Assembly (NCBI GenBank): GCA_041879355.1
Contig: CP089922.1
Location: forward strand, 2,912,498-2,976,497
Length of the DNA stretch: 64,000 nt
Source: Cyanobacteria bacterium LVE1205-1
Lineage (GTDB): Bacteria; Cyanobacteriota; Cyanobacteriia; CAIUCS01
Direction: 5' to 3'
The translations under genes and the position numbers were made by a program. The notes beneath the pieces were generated by a model. It saw only the letters and a list, made by a program, of their open reading frames with translations. It did not search any database and was not told the origin of the DNA. The stretch's first letter is position 1. Each line of letters begins with the position of its first letter. This document shows, one piece after another, positions 31,384-42,305 of this stretch.

Positions 31384-31932
31384 TTACGTGTGTATCCAAA
31401 ATTCTCCACTATCCCGAAACTTGACCGTTCCCCCCTTTGAACTGACCGTAATCCCAACTACTGTATACTGCTGACTTTCGATATAAAATTGACTACCAAG
31501 GGTGACTTTAATATCCCTAGCTTGGGATAAATATAAATCAAGAGCTACAATATTTTGAAGCTGATTCATTTCAATTGGCATCAAAGCGCAATCAGGAATT
31601 TCGTAGAACGATAGCTGAAGTATTGGGTAGCTTGCCAGAATCTCTGCTCCATGGTGCCGTATTAACTCATAGGATCCCCGGACATGCTGAATCAATCCTC
31701 TTTCGTAAGTCAACTGAAAGAATGATGAAGGGGCATCTAGCTGAGGATACTGTTCCAAAAAAATCTTTTCTTCATATAAGTCAAGCCCCCTCCTGCTCCC
31801 ATCTCCCCTGCGATCGCGGCGAGCCCGATTTAATTGCAATTCCATCAAAGCATTGGGGGCTTGCTCCAACCACTCCCATCGTAATCGGTCTTCCTGTGGA
31901 TTTTTCAGCACTCCTTCATAATAGGTATTCAT
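31384..31932 (-). CDS. Hypothetical protein
   Basis: 182 aa ORF with no recognised motifs. Confidence 0.4.
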   Translation of the reverse strand: MNTYYEGVLKNPQEDRLRWEWLEQAPNALMELQLNRARRDRRGDGSRRGLDLYEEKIFLEQYPQLDAPSSFFQLTYERGLIQHVRGSYELIRHHGAEILASYPILQLSFYEIPDCALMPIEMNQLQNIVALDLYLSQARDIKVTLGSQFYIESQQYTVVGITVSSKGGTVKFRDSGEFWIHT

Positions 31933-31990
31933 CGGGGGTATCCCAGTTATTATGGTATAAAATAACTCTTATTTCTCTTCAGTTTCGCCC

Positions 31991-33235
31991 ATGCCCCCCT
32001 TCCTAAAAATTATCCAAACCCCTAAAATGGCAGCCCTATTGCTTTTGGGGTTTTCCTCTGGGCTACCCCTGTTTCTCACAAGTAGTACGTTACAAGCCTG
32101 GATGAAAGATGCCAATGTGGACTTGGGAACCATTGGCTGGTTTAGCTTAGCAGGTTTACCCTACACCTTAAAGTTTTTTTGGTCACCCTTGTTAGACCGA
32201 TTTGTCCCTCCAGTTTTAGGTCGTCGTCGGGGCTGGTTAATCATCACCCAAATACTACTATTGGTCTCTATCGCCCCATTCGGATGGCATAATCCTGCTC
32301 AAGCCCTGCAATTAATTGCCCTAAATGCCATACTCATCTCTTTTTTAAGTGCAACCCAGGATATTGCCGGGGATGCCTATCGCACTGATATCCTCAGCCC
32401 CCATGAACTTGGATTTGGCGCCTCTACCTGGGTATTAGGTTATCGAATTGCCATTTTAATCTCTAGTTCCCTTGCTCTGGTTTTAGCAGATTACCTTCCT
32501 TGGTCTGTGGTTTATGGATTAATGGCACTTTTAATGGGAGTCGGGATTGTCACCACCCTTTGGGCACCAGAACCCGCTTCTGCTGTCCAACCTCCGGATT
32601 CAGTCATAGAAGCAGTGAAGTTACCCTTTATGAACTTTTTTACGAAGTTCGGACTTACACCCGCCTTCGTCCTGTTGGTATTTATTCTTCTTTACCGTTT
32701 GGGAGACTCTTTAGTTAGTAATATGGCAACTCCTTTCTTGCTAGATATAGGCTATAGCAAGACTGAAATTGGAGCAGTACGGGGAACAACCGGGTTTCTA
32801 GCTACCACCCTAGGGGTGTTGGGGGGTGGATTGTTTTATACCAAACTAGGGCTTTCCATTTCACTGTGGACCTTTGGGTTGTTACAGGCACTGAGTAATC
32901 TGGCTTACTATGTTCTTTCCATCCAGTCAACGAGTGCCTTAGCCTTGACTGCTGCAATCAATATTGAGAATTTTTGTGCTGGCTTAGTTACGGCTGTGTT
33001 CGCAGCATTTTTGATGAGTTTATGTGATCAACGGTTTTCAGCAACCCAGTACGCCCTGCTGTCCAGTTTGATGGCTGTGGGGGGCATTGTTTTGGCTTCT
33101 CCTGCTGGTGAATTAGCCAAACAGACTGGATGGTCTTCATTTTTTCTGATTACGGTTGTAACAGCCATACCTGGTTTATTGTTGTTACCCTTGGTTACTC
33201 GTTGGGCATCCCCTGTGGATACATGGAAGGACTGA
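31991..33235 (+). CDS. ampG: AmpG-family MFS permease (muropeptide transporter-like)
   Basis: LLLGFSSGLPLFLTSSTLQAWMKD and G(R/K)RRGW in loop 2-3 are hallmark AmpG features. About 12 TM segments. Confidence 0.65.
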   Translation: MPPFLKIIQTPKMAALLLLGFSSGLPLFLTSSTLQAWMKDANVDLGTIGWFSLAGLPYTLKFFWSPLLDRFVPPVLGRRRGWLIITQILLLVSIAPFGWHNPAQALQLIALNAILISFLSATQDIAGDAYRTDILSPHELGFGASTWVLGYRIAILISSSLALVLADYLPWSVVYGLMALLMGVGIVTTLWAPEPASAVQPPDSVIEAVKLPFMNFFTKFGLTPAFVLLVFILLYRLGDSLVSNMATPFLLDIGYSKTEIGAVRGTTGFLATTLGVLGGGLFYTKLGLSISLWTFGLLQALSNLAYYVLSIQSTSALALTAAINIENFCAGLVTAVFAAFLMSLCDQRFSATQYALLSSLMAVGGIVLASPAGELAKQTGWSSFFLITVVTAIPGLLLLPLVTRWASPVDTWKD

Positions 33236-33536
33236 GGTTCCCTGAACTCTAGGGCAACCGCACCCAAGACTTTATATATCAATAAAAGCTAATTCCCAGT
33301 TATAATACTCCCTATATTTCGGACAGGCTAATAAGAGAGTCTCGCTGCTAATAGACTAAGAAACTATACGGAGGATATTGCAAGCCATGCAGCGAAAATG
33401 ATATAAGCAAGTAGCGGTGTATAATTGAATATAAGATGTGGGGCGGTTGTTCTAGCCGTAAATAGGCTGGAAGCATGTTCCACTATCTAACAGTTGATTA
33501 CTTGGAGCCATGGCAGTTTCCTGTCTTCTGTCGAGT

Positions 33537-33655
33537 CAAACTGCTAATACCCTACAAGGGGGTGATGTAATGAATGTAACATCAAGGACTAATGTCCTAC
33601 TCAGCGAAATTACTGCTTAAATGTATTCTTGCTGTCTTGATATTGGGGAGTACCA
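33537..33655. repeat. 120-bp repeat element, copy 2
   Basis: CCCTACAAGGGGGTGATGTAATGAATGTAACA...TTGGGGAGTACCAT. See 20519-20640. Confidence 0.5.
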
Positions 33656-33750
33656 TACAGATTCGGTACTTGAAAGCTTTTTATGAAAGGCTCTCATTGG
33701 AATATCTATTCTGTGAAGGCAGTCAATTACTATAAAGCCGTCCTAAAAGG

Positions 33751-34626
33751 ATGGAGTTTCTACCCATTTTTCTGATGAACCAATCCTTTCAGTGGGATAG
33801 AGGGTGGCAGGGTCAACTTAGGTTGGTTTATGCTAAGAAATCTGACTCAACCTACTTAACCCATGCCTACCACCATGCACCGTTTAAGATACAACGTTCC
33901 TTTTACCCTGAAGGGAAAAGTATCTGTCATAACATCATATTACACACCGCTGGAGGTATGGTGGGAGGCGATCGCCTTTCAACTGACATTCACCTTCATC
34001 CCCATTCCCAAGTCTTAACAACAACAGCCACAGCAAATAGAATCTATCGCAGCAATGGTCCATTATCAGCCCATCATGTCCATATTAAGATGGACGAAGG
34101 GGCAACTTTAGAATATTTGCCCCAGGAAACAATTATCTTTAACGGTGCCAATTATCAACAAACGTTACGAATTGAACTAGGAACTGGTTCTAAATTCATC
34201 GGATGGGAAATTTATAGATTTGGACGGACAGCCAGGGGCGAGAAATTTATTCAGGGGGAAATGCGGTCTCAAACAGAACTATGGCAGGATAAAGTTCCCC
34301 TATGGATAGACCGACAATATGTCCCCGGCAATGAACATATATTTCATAGTGCTCATGGGTTAAACGGTTGTCCCGTTGTTGGCACCTTAGTATTTGTGGG
34401 TATGCCAGTGGATTCCGACTTGGTCAGTCAAGCCCAATCCCTCATCACTTCACACCCATCTTCCGGGGTGACTCGGTTAGAGCAGGGATTATTATGTAGG
34501 TTCCGGGGTCACTCTACCTCAGAAGTTAAACAATGGTTTATGAATGTCTGGAAAATTTTACGTTCAAATTACTTGAGTTATGACATAATTAAAACTCAAA
34601 CTATCCCTCGGGTTTGGCAACTATGA
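33751..34626 (+). CDS. ureD: Urease accessory protein UreD (UreH)
   Basis: 291 aa. LRLVYAKKSDSTYLTHAYHHAPFKIQRSFYPEG...HTAGGMVGGDRL is UreD-typical. Confidence 0.8.
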   Translation: MEFLPIFLMNQSFQWDRGWQGQLRLVYAKKSDSTYLTHAYHHAPFKIQRSFYPEGKSICHNIILHTAGGMVGGDRLSTDIHLHPHSQVLTTTATANRIYRSNGPLSAHHVHIKMDEGATLEYLPQETIIFNGANYQQTLRIELGTGSKFIGWEIYRFGRTARGEKFIQGEMRSQTELWQDKVPLWIDRQYVPGNEHIFHSAHGLNGCPVVGTLVFVGMPVDSDLVSQAQSLITSHPSSGVTRLEQGLLCRFRGHSTSEVKQWFMNVWKILRSNYLSYDIIKTQTIPRVWQL

Positions 34627-34743
34627 CCGAACCTGTATAACTTCGTTCTTTAATTTTTTTTCTATCCCCCGAGCCATACTTTTTTTATAGTAGGTTTTAT
34701 ATTAGGATAACTCCAGCTTCTCGTAGTAATGTAGGACGAATTA

Positions 34744-35046
34744 ATGAATTTAACTCCCCAGGAAAAAGATAAATTATTAATCTTTACTGCTGCAATGGTT
34801 GCAGAAAGGAGAAAAAATAGAGGGTTGAAGCTGAATCATCCAGAGGCAGTGGCTTATATTTCGGCTGCAATTTTAGAAGGTGCAAGAGATGGGCGTACCG
34901 TGGCAGAGTTGATGAGTTATGGTACCACATTGCTGACCCACAATGATGTTATGGAGGGGATTGCCCAAATGATCCATGAAGTGCAGGTTGAGGCAACGTT
35001 TCCCGACGGAACAAAGTTGGTGACGGTACATAACCCTATCAACTGA
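34744..35046 (+). CDS. ureA: Urease gamma subunit UreA
   Basis: 100 aa. [37 protein letters not shown] is near-invariant UreA. Confidence 0.9.
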   Translation: MNLTPQEKDKLLIFTAAMVAERRKNRGLKLNHPEAVAYISAAILEGARDGRTVAELMSYGTTLLTHNDVMEGIAQMIHEVQVEATFPDGTKLVTVHNPIN

Positions 35047-35079
35047 GCTTGAAATCTAAGCCAGAGTTGGAAAATCATT

Positions 35080-36541
35080 TTAGTTGATTTTTGGATGTCT
35101 GACATTGTTGAAGAAAACGATGGGGGATGCTGGGGCTTGCACCCAATGCAGATGTAAGTAAGAAGCATGGAGGTTTGCCATAGACCATCCATCTCCCTTG
35201 GTCAATTGTCCAGTATTAGGGTTTTGAAATTGAAAAATTGGTTGACTGGGGATGGTATCTGTTTGGGAGCGATGGAATTCATGACCTTGGATAAGAGATC
35301 CATGGGTGATCATAGGGGTGTTCAATTGGGCGATCGCCTGACGGTAGCCCAAGGTTAAACCCTTTTTCATTCGGGTCTGGGTAGGCAGTATTCCCACCAT
35401 TGACCATGGTTGATCATTAAAATCTATAATTTGTTCCGTCAGATACATTAATCCTCCACATTCTGCATAGGTGGGGACACCTTGGTGAATTAAGCTGAAT
35501 AAAGTCTGTCTGCCCAGTAAATTTTCAGATAATTCTCTGGCAAATACCTCTGGAAACCCCCCTCCCAAGTAAATCCCTTGGATACCAGACGGTAAACCAG
35601 GATCATCCATGGGACTCCATGGGATTAGTTCTGCCCCCATTGTTGCCAGTGTCTCCAAATTATCAGCGTAATAAAAACTAAACGCAGGATCGTGGGCAAT
35701 GGCAATGGAAGTGGTGGGAAACCGGTGAGGGGGGGTGATTTGGTGTGAAGGTGGCGGAGAAGGGAAGGATTGAGATAACAGGGGAGGAGCAGGGACCAGT
35801 CGAAACAAGTTTGACCTAACTCCCCCAGATGATCGATGAGGACAGGCAGATTGGAAAGTTCTGCTGTGGGAATCAACCCCAAATGTCGGTCAGGGATGGT
35901 AATGGATGATTGTCGACGAATTACCCCAGGATGGGGATATGGAGTGGCTCTAAGGCAGTTTGAAGTAATTCCAGATGGCGATCGCTTCCCACTTGGTTGA
36001 GTATTAGTCCACCAAACTTCAGGCTCGGATCCAGACTGGTGTATCCGTGGACAACAGCAGCAATGGACCCTGACAACCTACTACAGTCTAGAACCATAAC
36101 CACTGGTAAGTCCAGTAAACGGGCAATGTGGGCTGTACTGGCAAAATAATCATAGACAGTCTCCCTTTCCTTCCCATCTGATGGTTCATTTGTGGGCTGA
36201 AATCCATCCTGTTCAATAAAGGAAGGGTTCAATACGTTAGGATTATTCCATGTCGGCTCAACCCCGTCAAATAACCCCATAACCCCTTCAATAAGGGCAT
36301 ATTCCATGCCTTGGGTGTGGGTGGCAAAACAATCTTGCACATACTTTTCAGAGGTCAGCACGGGGTCAAGATTGTAGGAATTCAGACCAGTTACGGCACG
36401 ATGAAACATCGGATCGATATAATCCGGTCCCACCTTAAATGATTGCACCCGATTTGAGTAACGGAGTAAAGCTGCCAAAATAGCTAATGTCACAGTGGTT
36501 TTACCTACTCCACTGCGTTCCCCAGCAATTACAATCGTCAT
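35080..36541 (-). CDS. cobB: Cobyrinic acid a,c-diamide synthase (CobB/CbiA). Two frameshifts, including a G7 run at 35729-35735.
   Basis: N-terminal ATPase domain (GERSGVGKTTVTLAIL) and C-terminal glutaminase domain (ECGGLMYL...HEFH). ORFs 35921-36541, 35625-35882 and 35080-35808 tile one protein. Confidence 0.75.
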
Positions 36542-36550
36542 TTTAGTCTT

Positions 36551-37240
36551 CTAAGTAAGGTGTTGGGTTGGGAGAGTCAGCAACTTTCTGAAAAACAACC
36601 GCCTGGGAGAACCCCATAATTGGGTGAACCAAGGTGGATCTGCCCCTACCAACCGATACCCTAGTTTACGATAGAGAAGTCGAGCTGAACGATTATTTTG
36701 AGCAACGTGGAGACTAATTTCCTGGAATCCCCAACCGAGGGCAATTTGTTCACAACTGGTTAACAACTGGACAGCTACGCCTTGCCGTCGATAATGGTGA
36801 TGAACAGCAAGGTTTGCCAGGTAGGGGCGACCGGGGGTGAACCAGTCCCACCAATTCCCAGTATACATTGATAATTCAACAGTTCCAATTAGGAAAGAAT
36901 CCATGGAGGAATGGGAAAGACCCTCCTGATGGGGGGTAGCGATTGAACGGTGATTGCCAGAATCCATATTCAATGGAGAACAACCAGCGCCATGGTTATT
37001 CATTTGTTTTTTTGTCCATGACTTTTCCGGTTCACCCCTGTCAGGGCTTACTGCCACCAAACAGGTATATCGACTAGAGGATTCCCGCAACCGATGGCGC
37101 AGATCTTCATAAATTCCCAATCGCCATAATGGATACATCCACTGTCCTATGCTGTCATGCTGATGAAAGCTATCGGCAAGGATATTGGTCAACGGGTTTA
37201 AATCTGCCAGTTGAGCAGTACGAATTGTAAATGGAACCAC
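36551..37240 (-). CDS. GNAT family N-acetyltransferase
   Basis: Acetyl-CoA binding motif LAVHHHYRRQGVAVQLL...YRKLGY. Confidence 0.6.
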   Translation of the reverse strand: MVPFTIRTAQLADLNPLTNILADSFHQHDSIGQWMYPLWRLGIYEDLRHRLRESSSRYTCLVAVSPDRGEPEKSWTKKQMNNHGAGCSPLNMDSGNHRSIATPHQEGLSHSSMDSFLIGTVELSMYTGNWWDWFTPGRPYLANLAVHHHYRRQGVAVQLLTSCEQIALGWGFQEISLHVAQNNRSARLLYRKLGYRLVGADPPWFTQLWGSPRRLFFRKLLTLPTQHLT

Positions 37241-37592
37241 GGTAAATCCTAGATGGGAGTAGCCTAATATCTAAATCTGATTGGATCTATTTTTTTCAAC
37301 ATCCATAAAAAGAAAACAGCATTGTTGACCATGTAATAATTGTGACCATGTAATAATAAAGTCACTTCACTTTTTCCCCTAGCGCTTTGGTAACGTTTAA
37401 TTTTAAAATGAATTTTTCCCTTACAACGAGTGCCTAAGGCACTATGGTGATGACAACAAGTCTAAGTTACTCCTCTTGATACCCCCACTAGGGTAAAAAG
37501 GAACTTGGGTTTTGTTTTTAGGAAAGTAAAGCCTGACTTGAGTGATGTTCCACTTTAACAAAATTATATTTTATAGTATCGTTTCTGATTAA

Positions 37593-38191
37593 ATGGTGCG
37601 TTTACCCGATACCCCTCGGCATTCTCAGAAAAATGTTCATTTCCTCCGACCCCGCCGATGTTTCTTACTAGTTGTTATTACTTTAGGTCTTTGGATGGGT
37701 TACAACCATATTTATCATCACTTCCAGGCGCCGCAGGCATTATTAGTATTAGGTGGTTGGTTGGATCGAGAACATTTTGCGGCAAAATTTGCCCTGCAGC
37801 ATCCCCAGTTACCAATTTGGGTTTCTGGGGTAGCAACCGAGAATATTCAGAATGGGTATTTACCGAAGCTGGTGTTGATTTGGGTCGGGTACATCTGGAC
37901 TACAGAGCGGTGGATACAGTTACCAATTTCACCACCCTCGTGGATACCTTCCAATCCCTAGGGATTTCTAACATTTACTTGATTACCTCTGATGAACATA
38001 TGCCTCGTGCCCTAGTCATTGCAACCATTGTCTTAGGTAGTCGTGGTATTGGCTTTAAGCCGGTCATATCCCCTTCTAATCGCCCCCCTGAACCGATTAA
38101 TAAAATAGTACGGGATGGGTTACGAGCATTGATGTGGATGGCTACAGGGTACACTGGCGCTGACTTTAATCCACGATTAAAATCTATTTAA
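37593..38191 (+). CDS. DUF218 (YdcF/ElyC/SanA-like) domain protein. Frameshifted in a G4 run at 37827-37830.
   Basis: LVLGG...ITSDEHMPRA matches the DUF218 core. ORFs 37593-37961 and 37658-38191 overlap. Confidence 0.55.
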
Positions 38192-38193
38192 GG

Positions 38194-39555
38194 TTGGGAA
38201 CTATGAAACCAAATTCCTCGTTGCCACGGATTGAACATAATTCGTTGGGGGTCGTTTCCCGAGCGTCTACAACCAAGTGGTGGATTGGATTCTTAGTTGG
38301 GGTGACGATCATGAATGGCGGGCTAACCTTTTGGCGATTGGGTTTCTCCCCTGCACCTGTGACCAAAGAGTCTCCCTCTGGCGGACCTCCACCCCGCCCA
38401 GTGGAGACTGTAACCCTCCAACAGGGAACAAGTCTCAATAGTTTGCGGTTACTAGGGCAGGTGGAGTCTGTTCAACAATCTGTAGTCCGTGCCCAGACGG
38501 GGGGAGTGGTGAAAACAATCATGGTTAAGGTGGGTGATTCCGTGGCTACCCGCCAGCTTATGGCAGTGTTGGATGATCGAGATCAGTCGTTTAACTTGGA
38601 TGAATTGCAAGCACGACTGACTCAGGAAACAACTAACCTGATCCGCTTAGAACAAGGAACTCGTCCAGAGGTGATTACTCAACGCAGGGCTGCTGTTATT
38701 TCGGCGATCGCCCGGGAACAAGAAGCCCGTGACAGTTGGCAACGAACTTCTGAATTAGTGAAAGAAGGAGCCTTATCTCAGCAATTATTAATTGGAGCTC
38801 GGTCAAATTTAGATAATTTAAGAGGACAACGACTCGGGGCAGAAGCATCATTAGCTGAGGCAGAATCGGGTCCTACCCCAATGGAAATCCAAGTTCAGCA
38901 TGGGAAAGTAAAGGCGGCTAGAGCAGCATTCAACCAAGCTAAACTCATAGTTGAGCGGACTCGAATTATCGCTACCACTGCCGGAGTGGTTCACACTCGT
39001 TTTGTCAGCCAGGGTGACCTGGTGCAGCCTAACTCCCCCATGTTCACCTTAGTTGCAGCAGACAAACTGGATATTTTCTTGGATATTCCCGAAGAAATGA
39101 GTACCCAATTAAAGCCTGGAATCCCTATTCTCTTAACTGCTAGGGCTTTACCAAACTGGCAAAGTCGTACCCAGATTACAGCAATTCTTCCCATCGCTGA
39201 TCCCATTTCCCGTCGCCAACGGGTGCGGGTGGAACTCAATCCGGTGCCGGATGGATTAATTGCCGGCATGGCAGTGACAGGTATGGTGACTTTGGCGGGC
39301 GATCGTCCAAACTTTGTAGTTTCCCGGGATGCTCTTACTTTTCGCAATGGACAGTGGTTTGTCTTTACGATTATGAATGGCAAAGCAAACCAAATTCCTG
39401 TGGAATTAATTGCAGATATGGATGAACAGATGGCCATTTATCAGTCTGGCTTGAAGGAAGGTCAGGCTGTTGTTCTACGGGGTGGGGATGGACTGCGGGA
39501 TGGGATGCCGGTAAAGGAAGTCCAGGCATTGAAAACTATTCCTAATCAAAATTAA
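38194..39555 (+). CDS. HlyD-family membrane fusion protein (DevB-like efflux periplasmic adaptor)
   Basis: 453 aa with an N-terminal TM, a coiled-coil region and C-terminal beta domains (biotinyl-lipoyl-like VVRAQTGGVVKTIMVKVGD). Confidence 0.65.
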   Translation: MGTMKPNSSLPRIEHNSLGVVSRASTTKWWIGFLVGVTIMNGGLTFWRLGFSPAPVTKESPSGGPPPRPVETVTLQQGTSLNSLRLLGQVESVQQSVVRAQTGGVVKTIMVKVGDSVATRQLMAVLDDRDQSFNLDELQARLTQETTNLIRLEQGTRPEVITQRRAAVISAIAREQEARDSWQRTSELVKEGALSQQLLIGARSNLDNLRGQRLGAEASLAEAESGPTPMEIQVQHGKVKAARAAFNQAKLIVERTRIIATTAGVVHTRFVSQGDLVQPNSPMFTLVAADKLDIFLDIPEEMSTQLKPGIPILLTARALPNWQSRTQITAILPIADPISRRQRVRVELNPVPDGLIAGMAVTGMVTLAGDRPNFVVSRDALTFRNGQWFVFTIMNGKANQIPVELIADMDEQMAIYQSGLKEGQAVVLRGGDGLRDGMPVKEVQALKTIPNQN

Positions 39556-39597
39556 TCAGATTAAAACTGTGGACGTACACCACGTTTAAGAAAGAAT

Positions 39598-40455
39598 ATG
39601 AAATTTCGACGATTATTGGTGGTTGGATTCTTCTTGGTGGCGTTGGCAACCATTTTTCAAACGAAAGAACCCCTAACCAAATGGATATGGACTTCTTCTT
39701 CCTATCCCCACTTATTATTTGGAAATCCCACCCACTCCCAAAGGGACTTGGGACAACCCGATAATTATTTAATTGAAAAAAAACAATTTGCCCTATCCTA
39801 CAACCGAACTAACGGAATTCCCAACTGGGTTAGTTGGCAGTTAAATAAGGATTGGCTAGGAGAAGCTCCCCGACAAAATGATTTTCGTCCTGATCCCGAC
39901 TTGCCCGATGCCTGGTCTGTGGTTACGGGGAGGGACTATGGAGGAAGTGGGTTTGATCGGGGGCATTTGGTACCATCTGAGGACCGGGGAGATAGCATTA
40001 GTGATAACTCTTCCACCTTTGTGATGACTAACATTATCCCCATGTCCCCGGATAATAATCGGGGTCCATGGGAAAAACTGGAGAGCTATAGCCGACGTTT
40101 GGTGAATCAGGGTAAGGAGTTATACATTATCGCCGGTGGTGATGGAGAGGGTGGAACAGGGTCACGGGGTCGTAAAACCCGCCTAGGTCGGGGGAAAGTA
40201 TTAGTTCCAGCTAGACTGTGGAAAATAGTAGTTGTGATGGAATCATCACCTGGAACTGCTGGATTGGGAGCGATAAACCCTGATACGCGGGTGATTGCGG
40301 TAGTAATTCCCAATCGGATGGGAATTGCAAATGCTGATTGGCGGGACTTTCGTATTTCCGTGGATGCCCTAGAGGATGCCCTGGGTGTTGATTTTTTATC
40401 AAATCTACCCTCTAAACTACAGGACGTCTTGGAAAAAAGAATTGATAATCGTTGA
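39598..40455 (+). CDS. nucA: DNA/RNA non-specific endonuclease (Serratia/Anabaena NucA family), secreted
   Basis: Signal peptide plus the FDRGHLVPSEDRG catalytic DRGH motif with N at +~30. Confidence 0.8.
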   Translation: MKFRRLLVVGFFLVALATIFQTKEPLTKWIWTSSSYPHLLFGNPTHSQRDLGQPDNYLIEKKQFALSYNRTNGIPNWVSWQLNKDWLGEAPRQNDFRPDPDLPDAWSVVTGRDYGGSGFDRGHLVPSEDRGDSISDNSSTFVMTNIIPMSPDNNRGPWEKLESYSRRLVNQGKELYIIAGGDGEGGTGSRGRKTRLGRGKVLVPARLWKIVVVMESSPGTAGLGAINPDTRVIAVVIPNRMGIANADWRDFRISVDALEDALGVDFLSNLPSKLQDVLEKRIDNR

Positions 40456-40514
40456 CATACTCCCCGATCTAAACGGTGCAGGTATTCTAACTGTTGGTTC
40501 ATAGGGGTTGACTT

Positions 40515-41687
40515 TCATTGGGAACGGACAGACTGCCACAGACGGGCATACTGCTGTTGACTGTTCTCCGTCATTGGGGAAAGCCATTCACACCGATTGA
40601 ACAATTGGGGAGTAGGGTTGAAGATGGAATTTTGTCTAAGGGATGGGGGTAACCTGGATGGGGGGAAAGTTGCCAGCATTGGGGATGCAGCACTGGTAAG
40701 TAAGGATAATTGGACGGCTTGTGGTAATTGCCAACAATAGTTAATCCATCGTTGGGTAAGATCTGGAAAATCAGTGGGTTGACTTGCCCTAACTGGCTTT
40801 ACCCATAGGTCAGCCCATAATGCACTACCAGAAGCGGGAATAACTGCTGCTAATCTACCCTGTGCCAGTAGGGGGATCACATCACTAGACCAACCCACTG
40901 CCAGCCAAGTATCTTCTAATAATAGTGGTTGTAGATAAGTGTCATTGCTGTAAAACCTTGCTTGGTGATGGAGGGCAGTCAGATAGGCTTTCAGATTGGG
41001 GATAGACTCAATCACCGGGGTATTATAGGAATGTCCCAATCGTTTTAGAGTTAGTCCAATGATTTCTCGGGGTTGATTTAATAACGAAATTCGACCTTTT
41101 AATTCGGGTCGCCAGAGATCACCCCAGTCTGATGGAACCCAACCCAGTCGTTCAAATACGTCTTGCCGATAAATTAAAACCGTAGCTCCCCATCGATAAG
41201 GAGCCCCCCATACGGAGCCAGTGGGGGATGGTCGTCCTTGGGAATCTCGATGTACCAGCGATCGCCAAAATTGGGGGAGTTGAGACCAAGCTGGAAAATC
41301 CGTAAAATTGAGGGGGCGGATGACTTGGTGTTGGATTGCTAACGATAACCAATAATCGCCAATTGTGATTAAATCGGGGACTGTGGGGCTTATGGAGGAA
41401 TTAGTCCAGAATGGGGAGAAACCAGTATTGTTTTTCTGACAGCGGGGAGGGCGATGCCAGCTCTCCAATTGTTCATATAAACTACTGAGTTGTTTTTCAC
41501 TACTAACATCCAACTTAACGGATTGGGGCAGTTGTTTCCGAAACTCCTGAAATAAATTTGATGGAATAGAATCCTTCAGCAACCTCACTTGGAAGTGATG
41601 GGAGGCACCGGAATCACATGCAGTTAACAGATAGTCCAGAGCCAATAGCCCGGTTCCAGTTAAAAAAGTGCGACGAGGTAGGAACAT
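40515..41687 (-). CDS. ABC transporter periplasmic substrate-binding protein (family 1; PotD-like, possibly polyamine)
   Basis: 390 aa with a Tat/Sec-type N-terminus (RRTFLTGTGLLAL) and SBP fold-like composition. Specificity not determinable. Confidence 0.45.
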   Translation of the reverse strand: MFLPRRTFLTGTGLLALDYLLTACDSGASHHFQVRLLKDSIPSNLFQEFRKQLPQSVKLDVSSEKQLSSLYEQLESWHRPPRCQKNNTGFSPFWTNSSISPTVPDLITIGDYWLSLAIQHQVIRPLNFTDFPAWSQLPQFWRSLVHRDSQGRPSPTGSVWGAPYRWGATVLIYRQDVFERLGWVPSDWGDLWRPELKGRISLLNQPREIIGLTLKRLGHSYNTPVIESIPNLKAYLTALHHQARFYSNDTYLQPLLLEDTWLAVGWSSDVIPLLAQGRLAAVIPASGSALWADLWVKPVRASQPTDFPDLTQRWINYCWQLPQAVQLSLLTSAASPMLATFPPSRLPPSLRQNSIFNPTPQLFNRCEWLSPMTENSQQQYARLWQSVRSQ

Positions 41688-41702
41688 GAAGGTTACTATG
41701 GA

Positions 41703-41951
41703 TCAGCGATAATCGGTTTCTCGTTGAGGTGCAGGTAATTCAAAATTAGATTGATCCGAAAGATAACGGATAGATTCTTCCTCTAGTCGATGGATTAGAT
41801 AGGGTTCCATCACATGAGTATGACGTAGAGCTGCCAAATAGCCGTCCAAGTAAAAACGGAGGTCATCAAATCGATAACCCCGATTCCATAATTCGGTTAG
41901 AGCATCGGTAAGCTTTTGATAGCACCGAATGGTTTGAGTATCTTGGAGCAT
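41703..41951 (-). CDS. Hypothetical protein (82 aa)
   Basis: ORF only. Confidence 0.3.
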   Translation of the reverse strand: MLQDTQTIRCYQKLTDALTELWNRGYRFDDLRFYLDGYLAALRHTHVMEPYLIHRLEEESIRYLSDQSNFELPAPQRETDYR

Positions 41952-42305
41952 TATTCCCAGGTAAATTTAGTTGGTGGTGGTAAAAAGGTAAGGATGTAAG
42001 AGGAGTCGTAGGGGCAACCCCCCAACCAAGCGTCAAGACTAAACTAGAGGAACTGAGGAATATTCCACAGGAATAACCCACTATAGCTACCCTTCTGAAA
42101 TAAGACTAAAAACGCCCATAAACGCAAATCTTGATAATATGCTACATGGGAGTCTCATTGTGGAAATTACCAGGTATTCCAACTCTATGTTTATATTTTA
42201 ATCCTCTTTCAGTATACCAAATACGGTAATGAAAGGAAGGAGATGATTGCCCTGAAGACGTTGACTATAGCTAGATTAGCGTGAATTCCTTTTCCTTTAC
42301 AGAAT

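Noticed and set aside
40107-40502. 131-aa minus-strand ORF (considered as a possible nuiA inhibitor)
   Set aside because: It overlaps the 3' third of nucA antisense, has an Arg/Pro/Ser-rich low-complexity translation, and no resemblance to NuiA.
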